From positions 6,449 through 70,448 of the forward strand of contig DATKIP010000010.1 in assembly GCA_035544015.1 (NCBI GenBank): a stretch of 64,000 nt of DNA, in the 5' to 3' direction. Every line of letters begins with the position of its first letter. Position 1 is the stretch's first letter. The stretch comes from Candidatus Saccharimonadia bacterium (GTDB lineage Bacteria > Patescibacteriota > Saccharimonadia > UBA4664). The position numbers and the translations under genes were made by a program. This document shows positions 47,500 to 57,934 of the stretch, piece by piece. The notes beneath the pieces are model-generated. The model had not been told where the DNA came from. It was given only the letters and a program-made list of their open reading frames with translations, and did not search any database.

Positions 47500-47927
47500 G
47501 AGTTCTCAAATCCGCCGTTTGTGTCCTTCATATGCTTGTACGACTGCCCGATCAGCTCCTCCAAAACGCCCATGTCCACATCGGCTAGCTTGTTGATGTA
47601 CAGGCAGCCCCCGCCTTTCTTGTGTTTGCCCAATTTGCCCAGCAGCTCGTCATAATCCCCATGACCCAGCATCAGGTACAGCGTGAGGGCAGCCTTGCGC
47701 GGCGAAAACCCGGTGAGCATCCAGTCCCCTTCTTGGCGGCTGCGCTCGCTCTTGTAGTGGTACTGTCCAAACCCAACGATGCTCGTGCCCCACATTTTGG
47801 GCTTCTCGCCGGTAATTTTCTTGAACAGCTCCAGCAGCACCAGACCGTCTTCGCGTCTGGGCTCCGGCGCCGCGTTCATAAAATCGGTCACACTGGCGTC
47901 GTTTACTTGGGTTTTAAGTTCGCTCAT
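47496..47927 (-). CDS. DUF1801 (YdhG-like) domain protein
   Basis: 143 aa; FGQYHYKSERSRQEGDWMLTGFSPRK pattern; often paired with DUF4287. Confidence 0.5.
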   Translation of the reverse strand: MSELKTQVNDASVTDFMNAAPEPRREDGLVLLELFKKITGEKPKMWGTSIVGFGQYHYKSERSRQEGDWMLTGFSPRKAALTLYLMLGHGDYDELLGKLGKHKKGGGCLYINKLADVDMGVLEELIGQSYKHMKDTNGGFENS

Positions 47928-48028
47928 GCGCTAATAATACTCCTCATCGCCTGTTCATTGTATCCGTATGCGCACCCAACCATAACCTCGCAAACCCCAG
48001 CCCAACGCCAAAAACTTACGCTATACTA

Positions 48029-48889
48029 GTGAACATGACGACACCCACCCTCAACCCAACCCAACACAGCCTCCAGGCCGCCGATGGCACCACCATAAGC
48101 TACCTCACGCTCGGAACCGGCCCCGGGCTCGTGCTGGTACCCGGGTCCATGGGGTCCGCCCCAGATTACCTGTCTCTCGCCCAAAACCTCGCCAATAGCT
48201 ACACCGTCCACATCGTCGACCGGCGCGGACACGGGCAGAGCGGACCCATCAAACCCGATCACTCCATGACCACCGAGCAACAAGACATCCAGGCGGTCGT
48301 CAAAACCACCGGCGCGCCGTACCTCTTTGGACACAGCATCGGCGGCCTCATCAGCCTAGAGGCAGCCCTCGGCGCCTCGCTCAAAAAACTCGCCGTCTAC
48401 GAGCCGCCGGTTTCCGTAAACGGCTCCATCCCCCGCGGCTGGCTGCCCGACATGGAGCAAGCCCTCGCAGCCAAGCATTACGCCACCGCTATGACCACCA
48501 TCATGAAGGGACTCCAGCTCTCAAGCGACGCAGGCGCCCTCCCAAAACCCGCGCTCATCGCGCTCATGGCCGTCATGATGCGCCTGCGCAAAACTGCCGA
48601 CGGACAGCCCTGGGGCCAACACATTCAGCAGCTCCTGCCCACCATGCCCGTCGACATCGACCTCGTCTACGAACTCGACTCGGCGTACTCCACATTTGCC
48701 GCCGTCACCATCCCCACGCTGCTCCTCGGTGGCACCAAGAGCGCACCGCACTTCAAACTCGGCCTCGAAACACTCCAAAAAACGCTGCCCCAAGCCAATC
48801 TCATCATGATGCCAAACCTCGAACACAACGCCCCTAACACCGACGCCCCCGAAAAAGTGGCCGCGCAGCTTCGCAAATTTCTTGTCTAA
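48029..48889 (+). CDS. alpha/beta-hydrolase fold protein
   Basis: HGQSG, nucleophile elbow GHSIGG, C-terminal His region. Confidence 0.75.
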   Translation: MNMTTPTLNPTQHSLQAADGTTISYLTLGTGPGLVLVPGSMGSAPDYLSLAQNLANSYTVHIVDRRGHGQSGPIKPDHSMTTEQQDIQAVVKTTGAPYLFGHSIGGLISLEAALGASLKKLAVYEPPVSVNGSIPRGWLPDMEQALAAKHYATAMTTIMKGLQLSSDAGALPKPALIALMAVMMRLRKTADGQPWGQHIQQLLPTMPVDIDLVYELDSAYSTFAAVTIPTLLLGGTKSAPHFKLGLETLQKTLPQANLIMMPNLEHNAPNTDAPEKVAAQLRKFLV

Positions 48890-48898
48890 CCAACCCCT

Positions 48899-49156
48899 TT
48901 AGCGAAACAAATTATCCACGAAGGTTTGCAGCCCCTGCAGCAACAGCAATACCACGAGCGGCGCAAAATCAATGCCGGCCGCCGGTGGCAAAAGCTTGCG
49001 CACGGGCGCCAACGCCGGCTCAGTAATCCCCATCAGCGCGTCCATAAACCAGCCGCCCGGCCGCATCACGTAGCTCAAAATTACCCGCAGCAGCAACACC
49101 CCCGAAAACAGCGGCACAAACAAATCCACAAATGTCACCAGCACGAGTGCAATCAT
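48899..49156 (-). CDS. yggT: YggT-family small membrane protein (division-cluster associated)
   Basis: 85 aa with two TM helices, immediately downstream of ftsZ as in many dcw clusters. Confidence 0.55.
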   Translation of the reverse strand: MIALVLVTFVDLFVPLFSGVLLLRVILSYVMRPGGWFMDALMGITEPALAPVRKLLPPAAGIDFAPLVVLLLLQGLQTFVDNLFR

Positions 49157-49416
49157 TGCCGGGCCAAATAAGCTACATCCGAAGGCGCAGGCAAGCTATC
49201 TTCACCCTGCCACACCTGCACGAGCGCCCCATCAGTCTTCAAGATCAGCACCGCCGGCCGGCCCACAATATCATAACTTTCCGCCAGCTGAATCCCTCGA
49301 GGCGTATCCGCATCGAGTAATTCCGTCTCCAATTGCTCACGTTGCAACCGGTCATTAAACTCCGCCATCAGCCGCTCAGCCGACGTGCGCTTGTTGTACA
49401 GCAGGTAAACAATCAT
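49153..49416 (-). CDS. small hypothetical protein between ftsZ and yggT
   Basis: 87-aa ORF. ATGA overlap with yggT. Occupies the position of sepF/ylm genes but has no SepF motif. Confidence 0.4.
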   Translation of the reverse strand: MIVYLLYNKRTSAERLMAEFNDRLQREQLETELLDADTPRGIQLAESYDIVGRPAVLILKTDGALVQVWQGEDSLPAPSDVAYLARQ

Positions 49417-49446
49417 AACCGCAATTATAGCACTGCCAGTCGCGAG

Positions 49447-50901
49447 CTACTCCACCTTGCGGCGAATAAAGGCCGGGACATCCAAGTCGTCTTCCACCAG
49501 CGGCATGCCCGAGTCTGGCTCCACCGTGCGGTGCTGAACTGCCGACGCCGGTGTCGGCTCCTCGATTTTGTCTTCGTAGGCCGGCTCCGAGGCCGGTGCG
49601 TGGGCCGCCTCCGCGTGATGCCGCGGCGGCTCGGCCACCTGGCCATAGCGGTGATGCGGCGCGGGTTCGTCGTCGGCCGGCTCAATCGACGCCAGCGACG
49701 GAAACCGCCGCGGCGGCGCCGTCTCCACCCGCGGCACCTCGATCGGCACCACCTCGGGCTCGGGCGCCACCTGCGGCCGCTCATTGATAAACGGCTGCCT
49801 CGGCGCCGGCACCACTTCCGGGGCGTAGGGCAACACCGGCTCTGGTTCAGGCTCCGGCTCCACCGGCTCAGGCTCGCGCTCCGGCTCGGGCCGCGCCGTC
49901 TTCACGAAAATGTCGCGGCGTCCCGGCAAATCATGCACTGTCCGCTTGGCCACATCAAAGCCCGTCGCCACCACGGTGATCTGCAAATCGTCATCGAGCT
50001 GGTCGTCGAGCACTGCCCCAAAGATAATGTTGGCATCCGGATCCACCGCATCGGTCACGGTCTTGGCCGCCTCGTCGATCTCGTGCATCGTCATGTTGCG
50101 GCCGCCGGTGATGTTAAACAGCACCCCGCGCGCCCCCTCAATGCTCGTCTCGAGCAACGGGCTATCAATCGCCTGCCGCGCCGCTTCCACCGCGCGATTA
50201 TCACCGCTGGCCCGGCCAATGCCCATGAGCGCCGACCCCGCATTACTCATGATCGCCTTCACATCGGCAAAGTCGAGGTTAATGAGTCCATGAATCGTAA
50301 TCAGACTTGAAATGCCCAAGACACCCTGCTGCAACACTTCGTCCACAATCCCAAACGCATCCACCAAGCTCGTTTTGCGATCGATCATCTGCAGCAACCG
50401 GTCGTTGGGAATCGTGATGAGCGTATCCACGTTCTCCTTGAGCTCCACGATCCCCGCGTCCGCACTGCGCCGCCGCCGCTCGCCCTCAAACGTAAACGGC
50501 TTGGTCACAATCGCCACCACCAGCGCCCCCGCCTCACGCGCCGCCGACGCAATGAGCGGCGCCGCACCAGTACCAGTACCGCCGCCTTCGCCGAGTGTGA
50601 TGAAAATCATATCGGCGCCCTTCACGGCTTCGTAGATTTCCTTCTCGCTTTCCTCAGCCGCCCGACGACCCACCTCGGGATCTGCCCCCGCGCCCAAACC
50701 GCGCGTTGTTTCGCGGCCAATATGTATCTTGCTCGGCGCCTTGGCGTGCAACAACGCCTGCGCATCGGTATTAATCACCACAAACTCCACGCCCTGGAGT
50801 TTGGATTCAATCATGCGGTTTACGGCCGAATTGCCGCCCCCACCCACACCTATTACTTTGATTCGAGCTGACGTATCAACGTCGGGCATAATCTCAGCCA
50901 T
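49447..50901 (-). CDS. ftsZ: cell division GTPase FtsZ
   Basis: [15 protein letters not shown], tubulin signature [11 protein letters not shown]-terminal peptide [12 protein letters not shown]. Start MAEIMPD at 50899-50901 after GGAG. Confidence 0.95.
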   Translation of the reverse strand: MAEIMPDVDTSARIKVIGVGGGGNSAVNRMIESKLQGVEFVVINTDAQALLHAKAPSKIHIGRETTRGLGAGADPEVGRRAAEESEKEIYEAVKGADMIFITLGEGGGTGTGAAPLIASAAREAGALVVAIVTKPFTFEGERRRRSADAGIVELKENVDTLITIPNDRLLQMIDRKTSLVDAFGIVDEVLQQGVLGISSLITIHGLINLDFADVKAIMSNAGSALMGIGRASGDNRAVEAARQAIDSPLLETSIEGARGVLFNITGGRNMTMHEIDEAAKTVTDAVDPDANIIFGAVLDDQLDDDLQITVVATGFDVAKRTVHDLPGRRDIFVKTARPEPEREPEPVEPEPEPEPVLPYAPEVVPAPRQPFINERPQVAPEPEVVPIEVPRVETAPPRRFPSLASIEPADDEPAPHHRYGQVAEPPRHHAEAAHAPASEPAYEDKIEEPTPASAVQHRTVEPDSGMPLVEDDLDVPAFIRRKVE

Positions 50902-51138
50902 ACTGTGTAACTCCTTACCACCAAGGACTCGCTGGCCTCTGCCAAAAACTACGAGTACAAGGCTGACTATAACCGTCTCACAAAATGAATGCAAATTATT
51001 TATTCGCCGTAATTTGGCTTTCTAGACGAACAAATAATCTATTCAAAAACAACTAAAAATGCCCCTACCAAGCTCATCTCAAAATCAAAAACAGACCCTC
51101 ACGGATCTTTAAAAAACAAACTGAGTAAAAAACTTTTT

Positions 51139-52374
51139 CTACGGCAGCAAATTGCGCAGTGTCTTCCGGATGCGATCCACTGTCTGACCCAACGACGCCC
51201 CGGCCGCCGGCTCAATTTCCGCATGGGTCATGTTCTCGAGCATCAATCCCACCGGCGCAGCAAAAGCCGGGTCGTTTATCCGATCAACAATCCCCGTAAA
51301 ACCTTCGGGCTTACCGATTACCACCGGCAGCTGCAAAGCTTCCTTCGCCAGCTCATCAATCCCTGGCATCTTGGCGCCTCCGCCAGTGAGCACCACGCCT
51401 CCCGGCAGCATCACGTCTTTGCCCACCTTGCGCAGCTCTGCGCGCACCATGTGGAAGATCTCGTCCAGGCGCGCTCCCGCAATATTCTGGAGCTCTCGAC
51501 GCGTCACCACATTGTCTTCGGTGCTGAGCTCCTCGATCCGAATCTTTTCGCTCAAGTTGGCCTTGCTGGTATGGGCGCGCACGTACTTGAGCTTGATCTT
51601 CTCGGCCGTATCCACACTGGTTTTGAGTCCGATTGCCAAATCGTTCGTGACATGACCAGCCCCCACCGGAATCACGCTCGAGTACAGAATGTCGCCCTCC
51701 TCGAAAACCGCCACACCCGTGGTACCGGCGCCAATATCCACGAGCGCCACGCCCAGCTCCTTTTGCCGCTTCGTGAGCACCGCCCGCGCCGCCGCAATCG
51801 GCACCAACACCTGGCCCGAGATGGCGATCCCCGCCTGGTGAATACTTCGATCCAGATTCTTGATCGCCGGCACCGAGCCGCTAATGATGTGCGATTCCAC
51901 CTCCAGCCGCACCCCGTGCATGCCCACGGGGTCCTTGATATTAGTCTGGCCGTCCACCGAGTACGACCGCGGAAACACCTGAATAATCTCACGGTTGGGC
52001 GGCAGTTGAATCGCCGTCGCTGCCTCCTCTACCCGCACCAAATCCTCGACCATAATTTCCTGATCCGCCCGCCCCACCGCAATCACACCTTTGGAGTTCT
52101 GGCTCGACACATGCGCCCCGTCGATCGAAATGGTGGCCTGATCGATCGCCACGCCCGATATGCGCTCCGCCTCGTCCACCGCTGCCGTAATGGCCGACAC
52201 CGTCTCCTCTACGTCCACCACCACGCCTTTGCGCATACCGCTGGCCGGCGCCAAGCCCACGCCAATCACGCTCGGCAGCGCCGCACCTTCTTCGTGCAGA
52301 CCCACGATACAACAAACCTTGGTACTGCCAATATCGAGTCCTATATAAACTTGTTCCGCTGGTCTTGAGGCCAC
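51139..52374 (-). CDS. ftsA: cell division protein FtsA
   Basis: Actin-fold motifs GLDIGSTKVCCIV, VDIGAGTTGVAVF. 411 aa upstream of ftsZ. Confidence 0.9.
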   Translation of the reverse strand: MASRPAEQVYIGLDIGSTKVCCIVGLHEEGAALPSVIGVGLAPASGMRKGVVVDVEETVSAITAAVDEAERISGVAIDQATISIDGAHVSSQNSKGVIAVGRADQEIMVEDLVRVEEAATAIQLPPNREIIQVFPRSYSVDGQTNIKDPVGMHGVRLEVESHIISGSVPAIKNLDRSIHQAGIAISGQVLVPIAAARAVLTKRQKELGVALVDIGAGTTGVAVFEEGDILYSSVIPVGAGHVTNDLAIGLKTSVDTAEKIKLKYVRAHTSKANLSEKIRIEELSTEDNVVTRRELQNIAGARLDEIFHMVRAELRKVGKDVMLPGGVVLTGGGAKMPGIDELAKEALQLPVVIGKPEGFTGIVDRINDPAFAAPVGLMLENMTHAEIEPAAGASLGQTVDRIRKTLRNLLP

Positions 52375-52511
52375 GTGTCTGCCGGTGCTCCCTACTGGAT
52401 GACATTATAGTTCTTACGAAGCTGAATACGCAATATTGAATACCCAGCAGGTTCAATTTCTACACTCGAACGGCTCAATTACTTGAACACAAAAAGTGTT
52501 CAATATCGGGC

Positions 52512-53279
52512 TTATTGAGTAAGAATCTCGCACCCGTCTTCAGTCACCAGCACCGTATGCTCAAATTGAGCCCCCAAGCTGCCGTCAGCCGTCCGAATCG
52601 TCCAGCCGTCATCAGCCACATAGATATCACGTCCGCCCAGGGTCGCCATGGGCTCGATGGCAATCGACATGCCGGCCCGCAACCGCGAGCCCGTTCCCAC
52701 TCGGCCATAATTAAGAATCAGCGGCTCCTCGTGCACCCGATGGCCCACCCCATGGCCGCTCAGCTCCTCGATCACGCCCAGCTTGTCGCGGCGCAAGCGC
52801 ACCTCGATAGCGTGCCCAATGTCACCCACTCGCGCACCGTCGCGCACCTGCGACATTCCCAGCCCCAGCGCCTGCTGGGTCGCTGCCAGCAAACGACTCT
52901 GCGCCGCCGTAGGACGCCCACCAGCCACCACCGTCACGGCGCCGTCAGTTACCATACCCTCAAACGTCACCCCAAAATCCAGTCCCACCAAATCACCCGC
53001 CTGAATCACGCGCGGGCCGGGTATGCCGTGCACAATCTCGTCGTTAACCGAGATGCAAATCGTCGACGGAAACGGCGTGCTATGAACATCCGGCCGGTAC
53101 CCCAAAAACGCCGGCTCTCCGCCCAAGGCCGCCAGCTCTCGCGCCGCCATCTCGCCGAGATACCCGGTGGTTTGGCCCGGCTCCAACGCCGCCGACAGCC
53201 GCCGCAGCACTTCGGCCAAAATCCCACCACTCGTGCGCAGCCGCTCGGCCTCGGCCGCCGTTTTTACCTGATTCATCAT
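52512..53279 (-). CDS. map: methionine aminopeptidase type I
   Basis: VHGIPG, DLVGLDFG, metal-ligand pattern; 255 aa. Confidence 0.85.
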   Translation of the reverse strand: MMNQVKTAAEAERLRTSGGILAEVLRRLSAALEPGQTTGYLGEMAARELAALGGEPAFLGYRPDVHSTPFPSTICISVNDEIVHGIPGPRVIQAGDLVGLDFGVTFEGMVTDGAVTVVAGGRPTAAQSRLLAATQQALGLGMSQVRDGARVGDIGHAIEVRLRRDKLGVIEELSGHGVGHRVHEEPLILNYGRVGTGSRLRAGMSIAIEPMATLGGRDIYVADDGWTIRTADGSLGAQFEHTVLVTEDGCEILTQ

Positions 53280-53806
53280 GCCAAAACCGCTCGCACGAGC
53301 CGTCGCACCGTCTCGATGTCACCCCGGCCGTCCACCCGTCGCAGCAGACCCAGGGTCTCATAGTGCTCAATCGCAGCCTGCGTATTGCGCGCGTACTCAT
53401 TCCACTTTTCGCGCACCACCTCGGGCGCATCGTCGGCCCGCTCGCGCAGCCCCAGGCGCTTCAGGCTCGTTTCCAGATCCAGTTCAATCAATACCACGCT
53501 CGTCACTTCACGACCATACGCGGGCAGCTCAGCCTCCATCCAACGCACGTTGCTCATGGTTCGCGGAAAGCCGTCCAAAATAATCGGCTGCTCATCCGGC
53601 ACCGCCGCCACCGCCTCGCCCACGATCCGCTCCACCTCGGCCGCGGGTGCCAGCTTGCCGTCCGCGATCATCGCCGCGGCCTTGGGGTCGCGCCGCAGCA
53701 AATTGCCGCTCGAAAGATGCACTCCACCCAAATCTTCGGCCAAAAAGTCTCCCTGCACCGATTTGCCGGCGCCGGTCGGCCCCATCAATACAATTAATTT
53801 GCCCAT
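53276..53806 (-). CDS. adk: adenylate kinase (short form)
   Basis: P-loop GPTGAGKS, ILDGFPRT. ATGA overlap with map. Confidence 0.75.
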   Translation of the reverse strand: MGKLIVLMGPTGAGKSVQGDFLAEDLGGVHLSSGNLLRRDPKAAAMIADGKLAPAAEVERIVGEAVAAVPDEQPIILDGFPRTMSNVRWMEAELPAYGREVTSVVLIELDLETSLKRLGLRERADDAPEVVREKWNEYARNTQAAIEHYETLGLLRRVDGRGDIETVRRLVRAVLA

Positions 53807-54228
53807 AGCATCTCCACCACGTGGGGCGCAAATATCGCCGCCCCAATCAACGCCGCCGCGGCCGCCGCCACCAGCACCGCTCCCGCTGCCATATCTTTAA
53901 TCAGCTTAATGCGCGGGTTTTCTTCCATATCAATCAGATCGAGGGTCCGCTCAATCGCGGTATTAAAAATTTCGGCCAAAAACACCAAGATCACCGCGAA
54001 AAACACCGCCGCCAGCTCCGCTCCCGACAGCCGCAACATAACGCCCAACAAAAACGCCAACACTGCAAACGCCAAATGCACCCGCGCGTTGCGCTCGTGC
54101 TCAAACACGTGCTTGACGCCGTGCAAGGCGTGCATCATGCCGTCAATCAAATTCGATTGTGCATAGGGATGCGCACGGCGGGTGTGATCATCCGCCGCGG
54201 GTACCTCGCTCGGCGTCTTGACGCTCAT
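53794..54228 (-). CDS. dgkA: diacylglycerol/undecaprenol kinase DgkA family
   Basis: Three TM helices, EIFNTAIE motif. 13-nt overlap with adk. Confidence 0.7.
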   Translation of the reverse strand: MSVKTPSEVPAADDHTRRAHPYAQSNLIDGMMHALHGVKHVFEHERNARVHLAFAVLAFLLGVMLRLSGAELAAVFFAVILVFLAEIFNTAIERTLDLIDMEENPRIKLIKDMAAGAVLVAAAAAALIGAAIFAPHVVEMLWAN

Positions 54229-54671
54229 ACCGCCAACCTCGCCTTCACCAATCGCGACACCATGCCGCCGTCGGCCGCCGCACCGACGCGCTTCATCACC
54301 GCCCCCATCACCTGGCCCATCGCCGCCGGACCACTGGCTCCGAGCTCAGCCACCACACTATCTACCACCTTCGCCAGCTCATCCTCGCTCATCGCCTCAG
54401 GCAGATACCCGGCAATCACCGCCAGCTCCTGCTCCTCGGTGGCGATCAGATCCTCGCGGCCAGCACTGCGAAACGCCTCGATCGAATCCCGCCGCTGTTT
54501 GGCCTCCCGCTGGAGCACCTTGAGCATCGCGGCCTCATCGAGCTCGTGGCCGGTCTTAATCTCCTCATTTTTGAGCGCACCGCGCAACAAGCGCAACGCC
54601 CCCGTGCGCTGGGCATCCCCGGCCATCATGCTGGCCTTCATATCCGCCGTTAATTGTTCGAGAATTGTCAC
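54225..54671 (-). CDS. yqeY: GatB/YqeY domain protein
   Basis: 148-aa all-helical protein with the LKNEEIKTG...VLQREAKQRRDSIE pattern of YqeY. Confidence 0.7.
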   Translation of the reverse strand: MTILEQLTADMKASMMAGDAQRTGALRLLRGALKNEEIKTGHELDEAAMLKVLQREAKQRRDSIEAFRSAGREDLIATEEQELAVIAGYLPEAMSEDELAKVVDSVVAELGASGPAAMGQVMGAVMKRVGAAADGGMVSRLVKARLAV

Positions 54672-54789
54672 CGTTATATCCTAATCACTGCTGATATTGT
54701 AGCCGACCGGCCGCCAGAAGGCGAAATCCCAGTCTACGCCAATGAAAAGCCCCGCACGCCGCGGGGTACTTCTCCGAACGGCCGCCCAA

Positions 54790-54999
54790 TTAGCGGCCCA
54801 GATACGCCTTAGCCTTAGCGGCCTTGCGGGCCGACTTGCGGATAGCGATTTCGCGCTGGGCCCGCTTGGTCAGGTCCTTTTCAAAGTATTTACCCCGACG
54901 GGCAATACCGAGCACGCCCGACTGCTGCACTTTCTTGTTGAAGCGCCGGATCATGTTCTCTAACGACTCTTTGTCGTCTTTGCGTGTAACTTGTAGCAT
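54790..54999 (-). CDS. rpsU: ribosomal protein S21
   Basis: MLQVTRKDDKESLENMIRRFNKK...KRAQREIAIRKSARKAAKAK. Confidence 0.85.
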   Translation of the reverse strand: MLQVTRKDDKESLENMIRRFNKKVQQSGVLGIARRGKYFEKDLTKRAQREIAIRKSARKAAKAKAYLGR

Positions 55000-55091
55000 G
55001 CGAATTCACCTCCTTTCGGCTGGCGTTTGATCAAATTAATAATCGCCCAGGTATCCTAGCAGATTCCCCCGGTCTTATCAACAAACCGACC

Positions 55092-55406
55092 CTAATCGGT
55101 CATCTTCTCCCCGCCTCGAATGTGGAAGTGCAGATGCGGCACCGACTGCCCCACCGACGAGCCGTTGTTCACACCCATCCGCCACGCCGACTTCAGCCCG
55201 GCCTGGTGCGCCACCTCCCGCACCGCCAGCAGCAGTTGACCGGCCAGCTTCGGATCATCCAAATGATCGAGATTCTCGATGTGCTGCTTGGGCACCACGA
55301 GCACGTGCACCGGCGATTTCGGGTACAAATCGTTAAACGCCGCCGCCACGTCATTACTCCACACCAGCTCAGCCGGATCGCCATTGGCAATCTTGCAAAA
55401 AATACA
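55092..55406 (-). CDS. HIT-family hydrolase
   Basis: MDTCIFCKIANGD, VLVVPKQHI, histidine triad HLHFHIRGG. ATG at 55404-55406; the ORF-track start 55580 is an extension. Confidence 0.8.
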   Translation of the reverse strand, partial: CIFCKIANGDPAELVWSNDVAAAFNDLYPKSPVHVLVVPKQHIENLDHLDDPKLAGQLLLAVREVAHQAGLKSAWRMGVNNGSSVGQSVPHLHFHIRGGEKMTD

Positions 55407-55467
55407 GGTATCCATGACAAAAGTATACCACCGCCAACGAGCAGCTCGGGAAAGAGGCATTCTCGGA

Positions 55468-55557
55468 GTAATGTAGTCTTCGCGCCCGCCAGCGCCGGTT
55501 CTGATATCGCTCACCCCGAAGAGACGGTCCGCGTTCGCTGGCCCAGCGAAGACTGCA
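55468..55557. other. imperfect extended hairpin (GTCTTCGCgcccgCCAGCG ... CGCTGGcccaGCGAAGAC, about 42-nt loop): candidate structured RNA
   Basis: Read directly in the 245-bp intergenic region upstream of the lytic transglycosylase gene. Confidence 0.4.
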
Positions 55558-55591
55558 TTGCGCAGAGAACCCCTCTCCAATCCGCTTAAGA

Positions 55592-55620
55592 TTGACGTGA
55601 GCTCGTTTATGGCACAAAAT
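55592..55620 (+). promoter_or_regulatory. candidate promoter TTGACG-17-CAAAAT for the transglycosylase gene
   Basis: ttgacgtgagctcgtttatggcaCAAAAT, 32 nt before ATG 55652. Confidence 0.35.
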
Positions 55621-55651
55621 ACCCAATTCGTAAAGAAATCCCGCTACACCC

Positions 55652-56281
55652 ATGACCTTCGGACTCAAAACCACCATCATCGCCAGCACCGCTCTCGCCG
55701 GGGCGCTCAATCTGATGCAATTTGCGGTCAGCTACAACCAGCACGCCAAAGCCGCGTTCGTACCCAATTGGGCCGAGGCGGCCGCCAGCCCCACCCCCAA
55801 ACCCGCCGTTGCCGCGAGCACCGTAGCCGCCACTCCCGCTCCCGCAACGGCCGCAGCCCCCGCCCCAGCAGCCGATCCCGCCGTCACCGCCACCGCCAAA
55901 CTGGCCTCCGCCGGACTCCGCACCGAGTTCGCCGCCGATTATCTGAGCGTGCAGGCCAAAACCGGCACGCCGTGGCCAATCCTGGCCGCCGTCCACAGCG
56001 TCGAAACCGGCCAAAGCGGCAACACCAACCGACGCTCCTCGGCCGGCGCCACGGGGCCCATGCAATTCATGCCGGCCACCTTCGCCCACTACGCCCTCGA
56101 CGGCGACGGCAACGGCGCCAAAGACATCACCGGCCTCAGCGACTCGCTCCTCACCGCCGGCCGCTATCTCGCCGCCGGTGGCGCCGACAAGGGTCGGTAT
56201 TCAGCCGCCCTCTACAACTACAATCACTCCAATGCCTACGTCAGCAAAGTTCTGGGCATCGCCCACCGCCTAGGCATCTAG
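55652..56281 (+). CDS. secreted lytic transglycosylase (MltB/SLT-domain-like)
   Basis: Signal. GATGPMQFMPATFAHYALDGDGNGAKDI...DSLLTAGRYL matches MltB-type active-site region. Confidence 0.7.
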   Translation: MTFGLKTTIIASTALAGALNLMQFAVSYNQHAKAAFVPNWAEAAASPTPKPAVAASTVAATPAPATAAAPAPAADPAVTATAKLASAGLRTEFAADYLSVQAKTGTPWPILAAVHSVETGQSGNTNRRSSAGATGPMQFMPATFAHYALDGDGNGAKDITGLSDSLLTAGRYLAAGGADKGRYSAALYNYNHSNAYVSKVLGIAHRLGI

Positions 56282-56324
56282 CCAGCAGTTGTAAGTCCCC
56301 CGCCAAAGCGCTAGGCTTAGGCCA

Positions 56325-57026
56325 ATGCGAACCTTTTTTCGCCCCTCCACACTTTTATGCTTCTCGCCGCCGGTCATGATCGCGACGGTCGTCATTGAGC
56401 TCAGCCTCGCCGCCTGGATCGTCACCCGCTACGCCACCAGCTCCCTTCACCGGCTCGCCATCACCATGCTCATCTGCCTCGGCGGCTTCCAGTTCGCTGA
56501 GTTTAACGTCTGCGGCGAGCACGGCCCCACCCTGCTCTGGTCCCGCCTTGGCTACATCCTCATCACGCTCCTGCCGCCGCTGGGCCTCCACATCATCACG
56601 CTCATTCGCCGACAGCCCACCAAGCTCATTGCCGCCGCCTACACTGCCGCCGGAGTCTTCATTGCCGGCCTAGCCTTCGTGCCCTCCACCCTCAACGCCA
56701 GCGTCTGCACCGGCAACTACGTCATCTTCCAGCTCGCTCACCCCTTCGACCGCTGGTACGCCTACTATTACGTCGGGCTGCTACTCTTCAGCCTCGCCCT
56801 AGCCATCGCCGGCACCTTTACTGCCACGAATCGCCGCCGACGCGCCAGCCTCGGCTGGATGGCCAGCGGCTACCTCGCCTTCATGGTGCCCAGCTACGCC
56901 ATCTACTTCCTCTTCCCCACTACCGGCCGCGGTCTGCCGTCCATCATGTGCGGGTTTGCCGTCACCTTCGCCCTGATTCTCGGCCTACGCGTCGTGCCAA
57001 ACGCTACTTCGCCTCTTTCGCGATAA
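56325..57026 (+). CDS. hypothetical polytopic membrane protein (about 6 TM)
   Basis: Hydrophobic segments throughout; likely start at MIATVVIEL (about 56376). 23-nt convergent overlap with the SPFH gene. Confidence 0.45.
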   Translation: MRTFFRPSTLLCFSPPVMIATVVIELSLAAWIVTRYATSSLHRLAITMLICLGGFQFAEFNVCGEHGPTLLWSRLGYILITLLPPLGLHIITLIRRQPTKLIAAAYTAAGVFIAGLAFVPSTLNASVCTGNYVIFQLAHPFDRWYAYYYVGLLLFSLALAIAGTFTATNRRRRASLGWMASGYLAFMVPSYAIYFLFPTTGRGLPSIMCGFAVTFALILGLRVVPNATSPLSR

Positions 57027-57765
57027 AATCTCTCACGCTCTTAACCGTATCCATAAACTGCGCCGGGAAAATAATCGTCGAGTTTTTCTCGGTCGCGATT
57101 TCGCTCAACACCTGCAAGTTGCGCAGCTGCAAAGCAATCGGATGCGCATTGATAATATCCGCCGCCTCGCCCAGCTTAGCCGCACTCTGGAACTCACCGT
57201 CGGCCGCAATAATCTTGGCCCGCTTCTCGCGCTCCGCCTCAGCCTGCTTGGCCATGGCCCGCTGCATCGAATCCGGCAGCTGGATGTCCTTGAGCTCCAC
57301 CCGGCTAATCTGAATCCCCCACGGCGCCGTCGTCGACTCCAACGAATCCTGCACTAGCTGGTTGAGCTTACCGGTCTCGCTCAATACTTCATCGAGCGCG
57401 TGCTGCCCCACGATGTTGCGCACCGTCGTCTGCGCGATCTGATTAATCGCCGACATCACGTTATCAATCGCCACCAAGCTCTTGGTCGGATCCACCACCT
57501 GATAAAACGTCACCGCCGCCACCGTAATCGACACGTTATCGCGCGTAATCACCTGCTGCCCCGGCACCGCCATGGTGATGATGCGCATGTTCACCTTCCG
57601 CAACTGGTCAACAATCGGAATAATCACCCGCAAACCCGGACCCTTCACGTCATGCCGCACCTTACCGAGCCGAAACACCACCCCACGCTCGTACTGCTGC
57701 ACGATGCGCAGCCCAAAAATCACCATCAGAACCACTAAACCAATCAGAACATCCACGAATACCAC
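57004..57765 (-). CDS. SPFH/band-7 (stomatin/HflC-like) membrane protein
   Basis: N-terminal TM then band-7 core [37 protein letters not shown]... Confidence 0.8.
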   Translation of the reverse strand: MVFVDVLIGLVVLMVIFGLRIVQQYERGVVFRLGKVRHDVKGPGLRVIIPIVDQLRKVNMRIITMAVPGQQVITRDNVSITVAAVTFYQVVDPTKSLVAIDNVMSAINQIAQTTVRNIVGQHALDEVLSETGKLNQLVQDSLESTTAPWGIQISRVELKDIQLPDSMQRAMAKQAEAEREKRAKIIAADGEFQSAAKLGEAADIINAHPIALQLRNLQVLSEIATEKNSTIIFPAQFMDTVKSVRDFIAKEAK

Positions 57766-57853
57766 GACCGTTTCCTCCTAGTTCGAGCCAATTCTGCTCC
57801 TTACGGGGACTTTTTACAATACGCCATCGGCTCAAGGTACTCGATCTCAACCA

Positions 57854-57882
57854 TTGACAAAGCGTAAGAATAATGCTATTAT
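57854..57882 (+). promoter_or_regulatory. near-consensus sigma70 promoter TTGACA-17-TATTAT
   Basis: TTGACAaagcgtaagaataatgcTATTAT; 52 nt before ATG 57935. Confidence 0.6.
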
Positions 57883-57934
57883 ACAATAATCACTCGGGCA
57901 CTCGGCCCAGTGACGTTCTCGAAGGGATCTCACG

